Notes: generated from the sequence alone by a model not told the origin. Counted from the stretch's first letter, positions 28,371 through 37,316 are shown. The stretch: DNA of 64,000 nt from Patescibacteria group bacterium (GCA_963169855.1 CAUJCN010000001.1:17828-81827); one strand, 5' to 3'. Made by a program: numbers and translations.

Positions 28371-29495
28371 TTATAGAGGTTGCTTTCTAACCTCCAAAGC
28401 CTTAGTAAATCTATTATTTACCAAAGTTTGTATTGCCATTTTAAGTTTTGGATCTTTAAGCCCACGATTATAAAACCCCAGGATTTTACAGTATTCTTCT
28501 AGAGATCTGAGGATATTATCTCTAGCGGTTTGAAGATTTGATGTGGCTGCCCTTCTTAAAAATGTAGCCAATTCTTCAGAGTTATTAATCAATTCTTCCC
28601 AATCTCTTAGAATAAGAGTTTTCAAAATGTTTGACGCAATAGTGAATTGATCATCAGATAGTCGTAAATGAAATGGTTCGTGCGAAGGTTTTCTATTAAA
28701 TACTAGTGCTTCGTTAATTAAATCATACGCATCGTCTGAATAATTATTCAAAAGGTTAGGATTTGCAACAACTCTAGGAAGATCCTCCAATTCTTCTGGA
28801 GTCATAACTCCAGTAGATAAAACTGATGTGTAATCAAAAAATCCAAATACAATTTTTTCATCTTCCTTCGATCTATATCCAACATTTCTAAGAATCATAT
28901 CTCCATGAGTTACTCCATGACCGTGAATATACGCCAAAGACTTTAAAAATGGGACAAAAAATAAATCAAAATTCTCTGTAAATAGTCTTGGAACTTGGGC
29001 AAGACTTCGTACATTTTTATCGTAAATACTTAAAATTAGTAACTCAATGAAATTATTTGGACCTAAATCCTTAATATTAAAGCCTGTAGGTGGGAACAAA
29101 TGCTGAACAATCGCAAATTCCTTACCAAGACTTATTACGTAGGAGTAGCCCCTGGCTTCGGTTAAAGCTTCCATTGTATTCAATGAAATTTTCACAAAGA
29201 TCTCTACTGTAAATTCATTAGGTTTAGTGAAATCAACATTTTTGTAGTTTATAAGTCTTCTGGAAAAAATAAAGAAATCTTCTCTTGGAATTTTAAATTT
29301 TGCTTTGAATACACTTACTGGATGAGCGTGATCAGAAATATCAACTGCTCTGGAATCTATTGGAATTAGTTCTAAATCGGCAATTCTTATTTCCCAGTTA
29401 CTGAAAACCATAGACAAAGCTCTTCTAATATTGGATTTTAGCGCATCTTCATAGCTCTCAGGTTGAGAACCTTCTTCAAAAGGTGGTTGATTCAT
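28371..29495 (-). CDS. Protein kinase-like protein
   Basis: FVK, E..GY, LAYIHGHGVTHGDMILRN, FFDY motifs. Confidence 0.7.
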   Translation of the reverse strand: MNQPPFEEGSQPESYEDALKSNIRRALSMVFSNWEIRIADLELIPIDSRAVDISDHAHPVSVFKAKFKIPREDFFIFSRRLINYKNVDFTKPNEFTVEIFVKISLNTMEALTEARGYSYVISLGKEFAIVQHLFPPTGFNIKDLGPNNFIELLILSIYDKNVRSLAQVPRLFTENFDLFFVPFLKSLAYIHGHGVTHGDMILRNVGYRSKEDEKIVFGFFDYTSVLSTGVMTPEELEDLPRVVANPNLLNNYSDDAYDLINEALVFNRKPSHEPFHLRLSDDQFTIASNILKTLILRDWEELINNSEELATFLRRAATSNLQTARDNILRSLEEYCKILGFYNRGLKDPKLKMAIQTLVNNRFTKALEVRKQPL

Positions 29496-29507
29496 AGGAG
29501 TTATATC

Positions 29508-29900
29508 TTATCGCAAATCGATGAAGAATCCAACAAAGTTATCTTCAGAAGTGAATCTTCCAAATCTTGGGGCAATTCTTTCCCACATTTCTTCGTCGCA
29601 CACTTTTCCTAAAGCTTTTTCAACATCTGTAAATGCTCTCTGCATTGTTCCTTCACCTCCATTGTCATAAAGCCAAGAGTCTTTAAGTGTAGATACTTGC
29701 ATGTACTGAAGTGATGCTGGTACATCCATTGGGGATCTGATTACAAAAGTTACAGCATTTCTTTTACTGAACTCTCTTACAAATCTTTCTAAATATGACA
29801 TATCTCCTTCCTCAAGATGTGGATAATTTAAAGCCTCTAGCTTTTGAGAATCATCCAATAGATCTTCGTATACCTGTCTTCCTGGTAGAGAAAGTGCCAT
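29508..29900 (-). CDS. Hypothetical protein
   Basis: 130-aa ORF; TATAAT upstream on the minus strand. Confidence 0.6.
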   Translation of the reverse strand: MALSLPGRQVYEDLLDDSQKLEALNYPHLEEGDMSYLERFVREFSKRNAVTFVIRSPMDVPASLQYMQVSTLKDSWLYDNGGEGTMQRAFTDVEKALGKVCDEEMWERIAPRFGRFTSEDNFVGFFIDLR

Positions 29901-30061
29901 ATTTGTAAATTAACTACTATAATTATACTATGTTTTTCACGAATAGCAATACCTGGACAAGGTTTTGGTCACTTTGCCCATTATAATTGACAGATCAATG
30001 AATTAAGAGATCTAGGAGGATTTAATAAAAATCTGTATAATAACAGTAATTAGCAAAATTT

Positions 30062-30523
30062 ATGCAACAATTTGTAATTGATACACAAGAATTGAAGGTC
30101 GCAGTAGATATTGTAGTAATTTCTGAACAAGGAGATGATAGGTACATTCTTCTAATAAAACGAAAATATGAGCCTTTTGCAGGGCAGTACGCTATTCCTG
30201 GAGGATTTGTTAATAATGATGAAGAATTAGAAACAGCCGCTCTAAGAGAACTTCAAGAAGAAACTGGAGTAGAGGCAGTTACTAATCTAGAACAAATAGC
30301 TACTTTTGGGAAAGTTAACAGAGACCCTAGAAAAAGAGTCATTTCGATTGTTTACCTAGCAATCATTAACGAACTACCCGAACTCTTACCTGCACCTGGT
30401 GCGGACAATGATACTACCGATGCTGTTTGGATCAGACTTGAAGATGTTCAATATCCTCTTGCTTTTGACCACGATGAAATTGTAAAGAAAGCTCTCGAAA
30501 AATACTCTCAAATTAGAAACTAA
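30062..30523 (+). CDS. NUDIX hydrolase (ADP-ribose pyrophosphatase/NrtR-like, no wHTH domain)
   Basis: PGGFVNNDEELETAALRELQEETG Nudix box; RDPR; LAFDH. Confidence 0.92.
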   Translation: MQQFVIDTQELKVAVDIVVISEQGDDRYILLIKRKYEPFAGQYAIPGGFVNNDEELETAALRELQEETGVEAVTNLEQIATFGKVNRDPRKRVISIVYLAIINELPELLPAPGADNDTTDAVWIRLEDVQYPLAFDHDEIVKKALEKYSQIRN

Positions 30524-30603
30524 CTTCAAATATTCCTAAAAAGGACTTTTACTTTGTAGAAGCCTTTTCTACACCATTTTCATCAAAATTTACCGATTTT
30601 TAT

Positions 30604-30628
30604 AATTTAGACGCCTTTTGTCTAAATT
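30604..30628. promoter_or_regulatory. Palindrome overlapping a TATAAT (possible operator)
   Basis: AATTTAGAC-N7-GTCTAAATT perfect 9-bp arms; TATAAT at 30601-30606. Confidence 0.4.
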
Positions 30629-30753
30629 CCTCCCAATATTGGACATTTACTGTCAAGAAAGAATCTCCCTTTAAAAATACAATCCTAGTAATCCTTTAAT
30701 CACAAACAAATTGAAGGGTATAGAAACCCGATGAGCTTTAAAACTTTCGGGGA

Positions 30754-30770
30754 GCACATTAAAAACTGAA
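30754..30770 (+). promoter_or_regulatory. boxA-like antitermination motif preceded by a boxB-like hairpin
   Basis: GCACATTAAAAACTGAA resembles Firmicute-type rrn boxA (G..C.TTGAAAACTGAA); hairpin CCCGA/TCGGG at 30727-30751. Confidence 0.5.
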
Positions 30771-30774
30771 GAGT

Positions 30775-30892
30775 GTTTATGAGTTACTGCTCAATGTGAC
30801 AGTCACATTTTGAAGATTAAGTCTTTAGAACGTGGCTGTTACACAAAACGAATGTGTCTAACGACCAAGCGTTCTGAGTAATATCCATAAAC
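30775..30892 (+). ncRNA. Structured leader domain
   Basis: Closed by GTTTATG/CATAAAC; internal AATGTGA/TCACATT and AGAACG...CGTTCT long hairpin. Confidence 0.55.
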
Positions 30893-30919
30893 TTGTATAG
30901 CAAACGGAGGATCAAGACC

Positions 30920-31840
30920 ATGGAACTCGCCATCATTCCAGTAACGGAAGAAGGCAAAGAATCCACCCCAGCTCTACGGAGCATGGGTGCGTTCGAAGGT
31001 GCAACCGGTACCTACGAGCTTTTCACCTCGGCGGACGGCAATCCTATGGTCGCAACCGACCACTGGAAGCTGTACGTCGCCAAGTCGCCCACTGGGCAGC
31101 TTGGTCTGATGAAAATCTCCACGACCGGCAGCAACTACCTGCTCGAGGCAGAAGCGCAGAAGCTGCAGATCCTGCAGCAGATCGCCGCTGACCTCGACGC
31201 ACAGGCAACTGCGGAAGGCAAAGCCCCATTCAATTACGGGGCGTTCTTCCCGCAGGTCACCGAAGTCGTCCACACCGATGACGGTCGCGTGGCACTGATG
31301 CTCGGCTACCACGCCAGCATCGCCACCTACCGTCAACTGCTTCCCTTGGCACTCGTGCTCAAGGGACAGCGCATCGACATGAAGTCGGCGACATGGCTGT
31401 TCGGCAAGCTTCTCAAGCTGCTGAATTTCGTCCATGACGTCGGCTACACTGCTGGGTTCGTCGACATCACGAACCTCTTCATCGAGCCTGACCTCCACGG
31501 CGTGTTCGTGCTGGACTTCTCCAGCGCGAGCGAAACGCCCATGGACTCGGAGCAGATCAAAGAGGTCACCGACGCTGGACTCATCGTCTGGCACGCAGTC
31601 GGTGGTCGTGACGAGAAGACCCCTGAGCCAAACCCGCCGTTCGACGAAGACTTGATGACTCGCGATCAATACGAGACGTACAAGAGCTTCATCGCGCGCG
31701 TGGGTCGCGGCGGAAGCAAAGGGGCTGGACTGGAACACACGGCGCTTTACACGCTGTCGGATTCCATCTGGCCGAAGAAGGAAGTTGCGCCCGGCATTAT
31801 CAAGCGCGATTTCCACTCGTTCGTCACCTACGACCTGTAA
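30920..31840 (+). CDS. GC-rich protein kinase-like (probable pseudokinase) protein
   Basis: Start reassigned to ATG 30920 (GGAGG at 30906-30910); LMK..E, LLKLLNFVH.VG, NLFI, VLDFS; HRD catalytic loop replaced by AGF. Confidence 0.75.
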   Translation: MELAIIPVTEEGKESTPALRSMGAFEGATGTYELFTSADGNPMVATDHWKLYVAKSPTGQLGLMKISTTGSNYLLEAEAQKLQILQQIAADLDAQATAEGKAPFNYGAFFPQVTEVVHTDDGRVALMLGYHASIATYRQLLPLALVLKGQRIDMKSATWLFGKLLKLLNFVHDVGYTAGFVDITNLFIEPDLHGVFVLDFSSASETPMDSEQIKEVTDAGLIVWHAVGGRDEKTPEPNPPFDEDLMTRDQYETYKSFIARVGRGGSKGAGLEHTALYTLSDSIWPKKEVAPGIIKRDFHSFVTYDL

Positions 31841-31876
31841 GACAACACAACACAAGTTCACAAGGAGATCCACAAC

Positions 31877-32986
31877 ATGGCCCGTACTTCTGATGTCGCG
31901 ACGTTCAGCAGCGAAAAACACGCCGAAACCGTCAGCAAGATGCGTGAACGCCGCGAGGCAGTTCATGCGGCTGGCGAAGACGTCTACCGTCGCACCGGCA
32001 AGCTTCACGAAAACGTGGACATCCACGGCAAGAAGCGCGTTTCGCGCAACAGCATGACCAAGAATGCCGACGGCACGTTCACCCTCAAAAACGGCGTCGC
32101 CCTCCCTATCCTGTCGCAATTCGACGGGACCGGTAGCATGGGCGGCAACGTCGAGAAAGCGTTCAATGCCATCCCGGTGTTCGATACCATGCTGGGCAGC
32201 GTCCGCACCCGGTACAACACGCAGATCGCCACCGGCGTGATGCAAGACGTCGTCGACCGCCACCCGGTTTTCCAGATGTCGCAGTTCGAAAGCGATAATC
32301 GCTTCGCCGAACAGATGCGCTATCTGGTTCCGGACAAAGGCGGCGGCGACAGCACCGAAGACTACGATCTCGGCCTTGCCTATTTGATGGGCGGCGTCGA
32401 GACCGACATCTTCAACTTCTACGGCCTCAAAGGCTATGCGTTCCTCGTGGCCGACGAGATCGGTCGCGGAAACGTCACCGCCTCAAGCGCCAAGGAGCAT
32501 CTCGGCCTCAACATGCAGAACATGTCCACCAAGGACATCTGCACGAAGATCGTTGAGCGCTGGCACCAGTTCTACATTCATGTGGGCGGTCGTGATGATC
32601 GCGCCACGGATTGGTGGAGCGATCGCCTCGGCGCCAATCGCATCGTCGTCGTCCCGGATCCCGACTTCCTCGCGGAAGTGCAGGCCGGCCTGATTTACGT
32701 GACCGAAACGTTGCAGCCCGACGAGCGCGGCTTCATCAATTTCATCACGGTCGGCGGTGCGAATCGTCGCATTTCGCCGAGCGAAGCGTCGAAGGTCTGG
32801 AAATGGCTGCAAAGCGTCCAGACGCTCTTCGGTGCGCAGGCGAAGCTTCCGAACTTCAACTCCATCCCGATGCCGGGCAGCATCTTCGCGGACTATCGGG
32901 ATCGTCTGCCCAGTGGCGTCACCTCGACCAGCATCACGAAACCGGAAACCGGACTCGCGAAGAAATTCGACTGGTCGAACTTCTAA
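31877..32986 (+). CDS. GC-rich vWA (MIDAS) domain protein
   Basis: FDGTGSM, GGGDSTEDY, LVADE motifs; AAGGAG at 31862-31867. Confidence 0.85.
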   Translation: MARTSDVATFSSEKHAETVSKMRERREAVHAAGEDVYRRTGKLHENVDIHGKKRVSRNSMTKNADGTFTLKNGVALPILSQFDGTGSMGGNVEKAFNAIPVFDTMLGSVRTRYNTQIATGVMQDVVDRHPVFQMSQFESDNRFAEQMRYLVPDKGGGDSTEDYDLGLAYLMGGVETDIFNFYGLKGYAFLVADEIGRGNVTASSAKEHLGLNMQNMSTKDICTKIVERWHQFYIHVGGRDDRATDWWSDRLGANRIVVVPDPDFLAEVQAGLIYVTETLQPDERGFINFITVGGANRRISPSEASKVWKWLQSVQTLFGAQAKLPNFNSIPMPGSIFADYRDRLPSGVTSTSITKPETGLAKKFDWSNF

Positions 32987-33012
32987 CCTAAGCTATACAA
33001 ACTCTCCAGGAA

Positions 33013-33045
33013 TGGTGCGGGTATAGACTCCCGCACCACCTCTTT
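33013..33045 (+). terminator. Terminator-like hairpin with weak U-tract
   Basis: TGGTGCGGG-TATAGACT-CCCGCACCA then CCTCTTT. Confidence 0.6.
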
Positions 33046-33085
33046 CGATGTGTGTCGAAACTGACGAGTCCAAAAGGACGAAAGG
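33039..33085 (+). ncRNA. Type III hammerhead ribozyme
   Basis: CCUC cleavage site; stem I UUUCGA/UCGAAA with loop UGUGUG; core CUGACGA; stem II GUCC-AAAA-GGAC; GAAA; stem III only 3 bp. Confidence 0.85.
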
Positions 33086-33101
33086 AAATTATTAAATAAC
33101 T

Positions 33102-34544
33102 ATGAACGAAACAAATAAACAAAAAGCATTTATTTTAGCCGGACTTGGAATCGGAGAAGAAACTAAAGGTGCTGCTGTTCAGTGGCTTTGTGAAATTCTT
33201 AAAGCAAATCGAGTTTTGAGATCAGGAGGTTCACAAGCTGGTCATCATATTATTACTGAGGATGGAAGAGAGCAGATGTTCAGCCATTTTGGTTGTGGAA
33301 CTTTTAACGGCGTTCCTACTCATCTTAAACACATGGTTATTAATCCAGCAGACTTATTTACTGAAGCTTTAGAACTCGAAGAAAAAGGAGTAGCAAATCC
33401 ATTCGACATGATTACGATAAGTGATGATTGTCTGACAGTAACTCCTTTCCATGGAGCTATGAGTAGATTAAAAGAAGTACTTAGAGAAAACAAAAAAGGA
33501 ACCATCGGAAAAGGAGTAGGAGACGCTGTGACAGAATCTAAAAATCATCCTGAACTTTCGATTTATGCTAGAGATTTTAAATTTCCAATTTCAAAAATTG
33601 AAGAAAAAGTTGAAGCAATTCGCCAACAGAAAATCAAAGAAGCTAATGCACTCATTCAGACATTAGGAATTGAAGAACTTTCTGACGAAGCTTTTGCAGA
33701 AATGAAAATCTTACACAACTCTAGTTTAGTTTCTACAATTGCAGAATCATTTAGTATACTTTCGGAACTTGTGAGAATAGTAGACCAAGATTATTTAGCA
33801 GATATTCTTGAAAATGATCAAACAATTGTAGGAGAACCTTCTCATGGAGCATTACTCCATCCTTGGTACGGATTTATTCCACATACTACTCAAATTGATC
33901 CTACTGCTCAAGATGTTTTAAATACTCTTCAAGAATGTACTTATCCAGGAAGAGTTATTCGACTTGGAGTTTCGAGATGTTATATGACAAGACACGGAGC
34001 TGGCCCATTAGTTTCTTTCAATAGAGAATTAACTGATCAAATTGAAGAAACTCACAATAATGCTGGTAACGATTGGCTTGGAGAATTCAGAAATGGAAAC
34101 TACGATGTTGTTGCAATGAAGTATGCACTTGCTGTTAGCGGAGGAATAAATTCATTTGATGGATTAGTAATTAGTTACTTGGATATTCTTGAAAAATTTA
34201 ATGAATGGCAAATCTGTGTTGGATACAAATGCGATTCTTCAGAAAATCTAGAAGATTTTTTTGAGATCAGTGATGGTGTAATTACTGGAATAAAAGTACA
34301 TCCAAATACTCAAGATGAAAAACATTATTCGCATCAAGTTAGGCTAACTGAATTACTTAAACAATGTGTTCCAGTACTAACAACAATAAAAGCAACCGAT
34401 GAAAAAACTCTTGAAGAAGTTTATTTAGACTTTGTAGAAGAAAATTTAAAAGTTCCAGTTGTTGCATTAGCAAGAGGACCTAAATCAACTGACAGAGAAA
34501 TCCGAAAAGGATGGGAATATTTATTTTATCCAACAGAAGCCTAA
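33102..34544 (+). CDS. Divergent adenylosuccinate synthetase (PurA-fold) family protein
   Basis: GLGIGEETKG P-loop, GGSQAGH, GTIGKGVG, EPSHGALL..YGF.PHTT, TRHGAGP, GEFRNG. Confidence 0.88.
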   Translation: MNETNKQKAFILAGLGIGEETKGAAVQWLCEILKANRVLRSGGSQAGHHIITEDGREQMFSHFGCGTFNGVPTHLKHMVINPADLFTEALELEEKGVANPFDMITISDDCLTVTPFHGAMSRLKEVLRENKKGTIGKGVGDAVTESKNHPELSIYARDFKFPISKIEEKVEAIRQQKIKEANALIQTLGIEELSDEAFAEMKILHNSSLVSTIAESFSILSELVRIVDQDYLADILENDQTIVGEPSHGALLHPWYGFIPHTTQIDPTAQDVLNTLQECTYPGRVIRLGVSRCYMTRHGAGPLVSFNRELTDQIEETHNNAGNDWLGEFRNGNYDVVAMKYALAVSGGINSFDGLVISYLDILEKFNEWQICVGYKCDSSENLEDFFEISDGVITGIKVHPNTQDEKHYSHQVRLTELLKQCVPVLTTIKATDEKTLEEVYLDFVEENLKVPVVALARGPKSTDREIRKGWEYLFYPTEA

Positions 34545-36265
34545 TGACCGAACTTTTATATCAAAAAAATGTTGCAAAAGAAGTAATACTTCCATTTAAC
34601 ATTAATAATCCCGAGCAAAGCTTTCCTTTAAGATTTCGAGACAATCCAAAACTTCAAGAATTAATAATACAAAGAAATAATTTAGAAAAATCTCTTACAG
34701 ATTTTTTTGATAAAGTTGATCCACATATAAATGTTTCTGACGCACTCAAAGCTGAATTCGTTACAGAAGTGGAACTAATAGAAATTTATCAAGAATTACA
34801 AGAATTTTTAACTGCAGAACCAAACAATTTAAGGTTGATTCTATACGTCCCTTTGAATTTACTAGCAGACTCACAAAACTTTGGAGGTGTGTTGAAAAAA
34901 GTTTATTCAGAATTTATTAATGTATTTAGAAATGCTTGGTTAAACTGTCTGGGAGAAAGTGATGTTAGAGCAAGCTTTATTGATGGTGACGTTGGTGAAG
35001 ATGGAATGATAGAACCAGAAAGGATCAGAAAGGCTGCACACTTAATTCCATTTCTTGTCAGTAAATCAATAGTTACGATTGAAGAAATATATTATCTAAT
35101 TGAGATTTCGGAGGAAACAGAACTAGCAAAATCTTTACAGGAAGGTCTTTCATCGTTAACAGTTTTAAAAGAACAATCCGATTCAAAATTTGAGATTTTT
35201 GGAAATCTTGATCAGCTAGTTTTAAAGTTTATTGAAGAACTTGATTCAATTTCAATCGAAAGAAATTTTTCTGAGAAAAGAGCGAATTGGTTAATGGAAG
35301 TTTCAATTGATGGAATTATTAAAAAATTTAGTAACTTAATAATTCAAAATAACTTTGTAGGAGATATCTTCTTTAGCGAAAATTCAGCTTCGCAAGTTAA
35401 CAGTCTCTTCTTAACAGCAATTTTCGAAAATGCAGAAAAGACAAAACACACTTCTGAACAAGATACTGAATTTATTAAAAAGATTTCTCAATTCAACGAG
35501 TTTAGAAATCTTATAAAATCAGGATTAAATAAACTTGCAAAACTTCGATTAGTTTCAGTAGATCTGCTCAACGAATTAAGTATAGAATTAGTTGACCTTT
35601 CCAATCAAAGTTTAAACTCGGTTGAAAGAGAGGTATCGGATTTGAGTGGAGCATTAGAATCTATTAGAAACAATCCTATTTTAAACAAAAATCTGTTTGA
35701 TCAAGTTTTACTTTTTGGATCTAAAGTTAAAGGTTATTCAGATAACAACTCAGATTCAGATGTAGTTATATTTTTTAGACCAGAAGCAAAATTTGAAGAA
35801 AGAGAAATTGTACTCGATTTACTAAAAACAATTCCTCAATTTGCTGACATAGATAAAATCTTAGAATATTGGATCGATGTTGATTCAAATGGTTATAAAT
35901 TCAAAAGCATTCCTCACAAGAAAACGATGATTGGAGCGCAAGAAATTCATATTTTGTTTGGAAGTGTTTGGATTGGAAGTAATTTTAAATTAAGAGAAGA
36001 TTTATTCTCGAAGTATCTTGATCTTTCACGATGTGGAGAGAATAGGGAATCAATAAGAACTCATTTACTAAGACAACTCGAACTTGATGTTGTTCAATTT
36101 AGATTAATGCATAAAGGCTATAGAAGATTTAACCCTACCATAAAAATTTCTCCACCAAATAATCCAAGCCGTATCGATTGGTATAGTGATTTTTGGGACG
36201 AAGGTTACAGAAGAACTGCAACCTTGCTATTCTTAAAGAAAGTTTTCCTTCCAGATTTAGCATAA
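34544..36265 (+). CDS. Protein with C-terminal pol-beta-type nucleotidyltransferase domain
   Basis: LLFGSKVKGY....SDSDV (GS..DxD); TAATG coupling to the upstream stop gives start 34544. Confidence 0.75.
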   Translation: MTELLYQKNVAKEVILPFNINNPEQSFPLRFRDNPKLQELIIQRNNLEKSLTDFFDKVDPHINVSDALKAEFVTEVELIEIYQELQEFLTAEPNNLRLILYVPLNLLADSQNFGGVLKKVYSEFINVFRNAWLNCLGESDVRASFIDGDVGEDGMIEPERIRKAAHLIPFLVSKSIVTIEEIYYLIEISEETELAKSLQEGLSSLTVLKEQSDSKFEIFGNLDQLVLKFIEELDSISIERNFSEKRANWLMEVSIDGIIKKFSNLIIQNNFVGDIFFSENSASQVNSLFLTAIFENAEKTKHTSEQDTEFIKKISQFNEFRNLIKSGLNKLAKLRLVSVDLLNELSIELVDLSNQSLNSVEREVSDLSGALESIRNNPILNKNLFDQVLLFGSKVKGYSDNNSDSDVVIFFRPEAKFEEREIVLDLLKTIPQFADIDKILEYWIDVDSNGYKFKSIPHKKTMIGAQEIHILFGSVWIGSNFKLREDLFSKYLDLSRCGENRESIRTHLLRQLELDVVQFRLMHKGYRRFNPTIKISPPNNPSRIDWYSDFWDEGYRRTATLLFLKKVFLPDLA

Positions 36266-36294
36266 TGTCAGGCACCGAAGTGCCGAACAAAACT

Positions 36295-36900
36295 CTAGAA
36301 TCCTAATTGCTCTTTTACTAAAACAATATGAATTCTCTCAGGAACAATTTCTCTACTTATTATTGCAAGTTTGCTTACAAAACTTCCTTCAACACCATAA
36401 GCCTTGTGTGCTCTGTCACTTTCGAGTGGGAGTACGTGATCGTAAACTCTTTTCTTAGCTTCTTCCAAATCTTTAACAATTTTCTGAGTACTGACTACAA
36501 AAATAACTTTCGTTGCTCCATAAAGATAGGCACCTAATTGACTTCCAGTATTTGATGCAATCATAAGTTCTCCGTTTTGGGTTAAAGCATGGACACTTCC
36601 TACAGCATAATCAGCTGCATATCCTACAACTTTCTTATCAAAATCACTAACTCCGTCTGAAAACAATCTATTTCTTCCTGCATCGTACTTTCCAGAAGTA
36701 TTAATTAACTCACTAATTCCTGTTTGATCTAAAGTAACTGAAGTCATCTGCATTACATTGCTGCCTTCAGCCAACATTCTTTCAACAGAATCTTTTGCAT
36801 CAGACGATTTTTCGACAACATGAACAACAAATCCATTCTTCTCTAAAGATTTGACTGTATCTTCTAAAACTTGGTCGTTAGGTAAATCTGTATAACTCAT
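36295..36900 (-). CDS. LUD (lactate utilization) domain protein
   Basis: SVTL, GSVHALT.NG....SNTGSQ, VV..QKIV..L motifs. Confidence 0.88.
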   Translation of the reverse strand: MSYTDLPNDQVLEDTVKSLEKNGFVVHVVEKSSDAKDSVERMLAEGSNVMQMTSVTLDQTGISELINTSGKYDAGRNRLFSDGVSDFDKKVVGYAADYAVGSVHALTQNGELMIASNTGSQLGAYLYGATKVIFVVSTQKIVKDLEEAKKRVYDHVLPLESDRAHKAYGVEGSFVSKLAIISREIVPERIHIVLVKEQLGF

Positions 36901-36995
36901 AAAAGTTTATTAAAAATTAACTATCAATAGTAACAGTCATGATGCTAAAATAACAAGAACTTACTAATTAGTTAGATACTATCTAAAAAGAAACT

Positions 36996-37316
36996 ATGAA
37001 GAAATGTTTAAGCAGCAATCCAGTTAATACTACGCTCGAAGTTATAGGAGGCAAGTGGAAGCCCCTTATTCTATGGCTTTTATCTGAGAAGACCTTAAGA
37101 TTCGGAGAACTTAACAAAGAACTTCCTGGAGTAACTCAAAAAATGCTAACTCAACAGTTAAGAGAACTTGAACACGATAGGTTGATCGAACGAAAGGTTT
37201 ACCCAGTTGTTCCTCCAAAAGTGGAGTATAATATTACTAATTATGGAAAAACTCTTCAGCCATTACTAAAATCAATGGCTAAGTGGGGTGAAATTCATAA
37301 GGCAACACAGTTATAA
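36996..37316 (+). CDS. HxlR-family transcriptional regulator
   Basis: IGGKWK.LIL, RFGEL, TQKMLTQQLRELE, VPPKVEY; divergent from the LUD gene. Confidence 0.95.
   Translation: MKKCLSSNPVNTTLEVIGGKWKPLILWLLSEKTLRFGELNKELPGVTQKMLTQQLRELEHDRLIERKVYPVVPPKVEYNITNYGKTLQPLLKSMAKWGEIHKATQL

Noticed and set aside
30766-30900. CTGAAGA as a second hammerhead core
   Set aside because: No GAAA after the candidate stem II; the segment is better explained as the 5' arm of the long-range stem.
30974-33026. 429-aa antisense ORF and other overlapping ORFs inside cassette 2
   Set aside because: Shadow ORFs from GC-rich codon bias; the sense proteins carry recognisable motifs and SDs.
33102-34544. PurZ (Z-genome) or canonical purA assignment
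   Set aside because: P-loop GEETKG matches neither PurZ (Ser) nor PurA (GDEGKG), and there is no phage context; gene symbol left blank.
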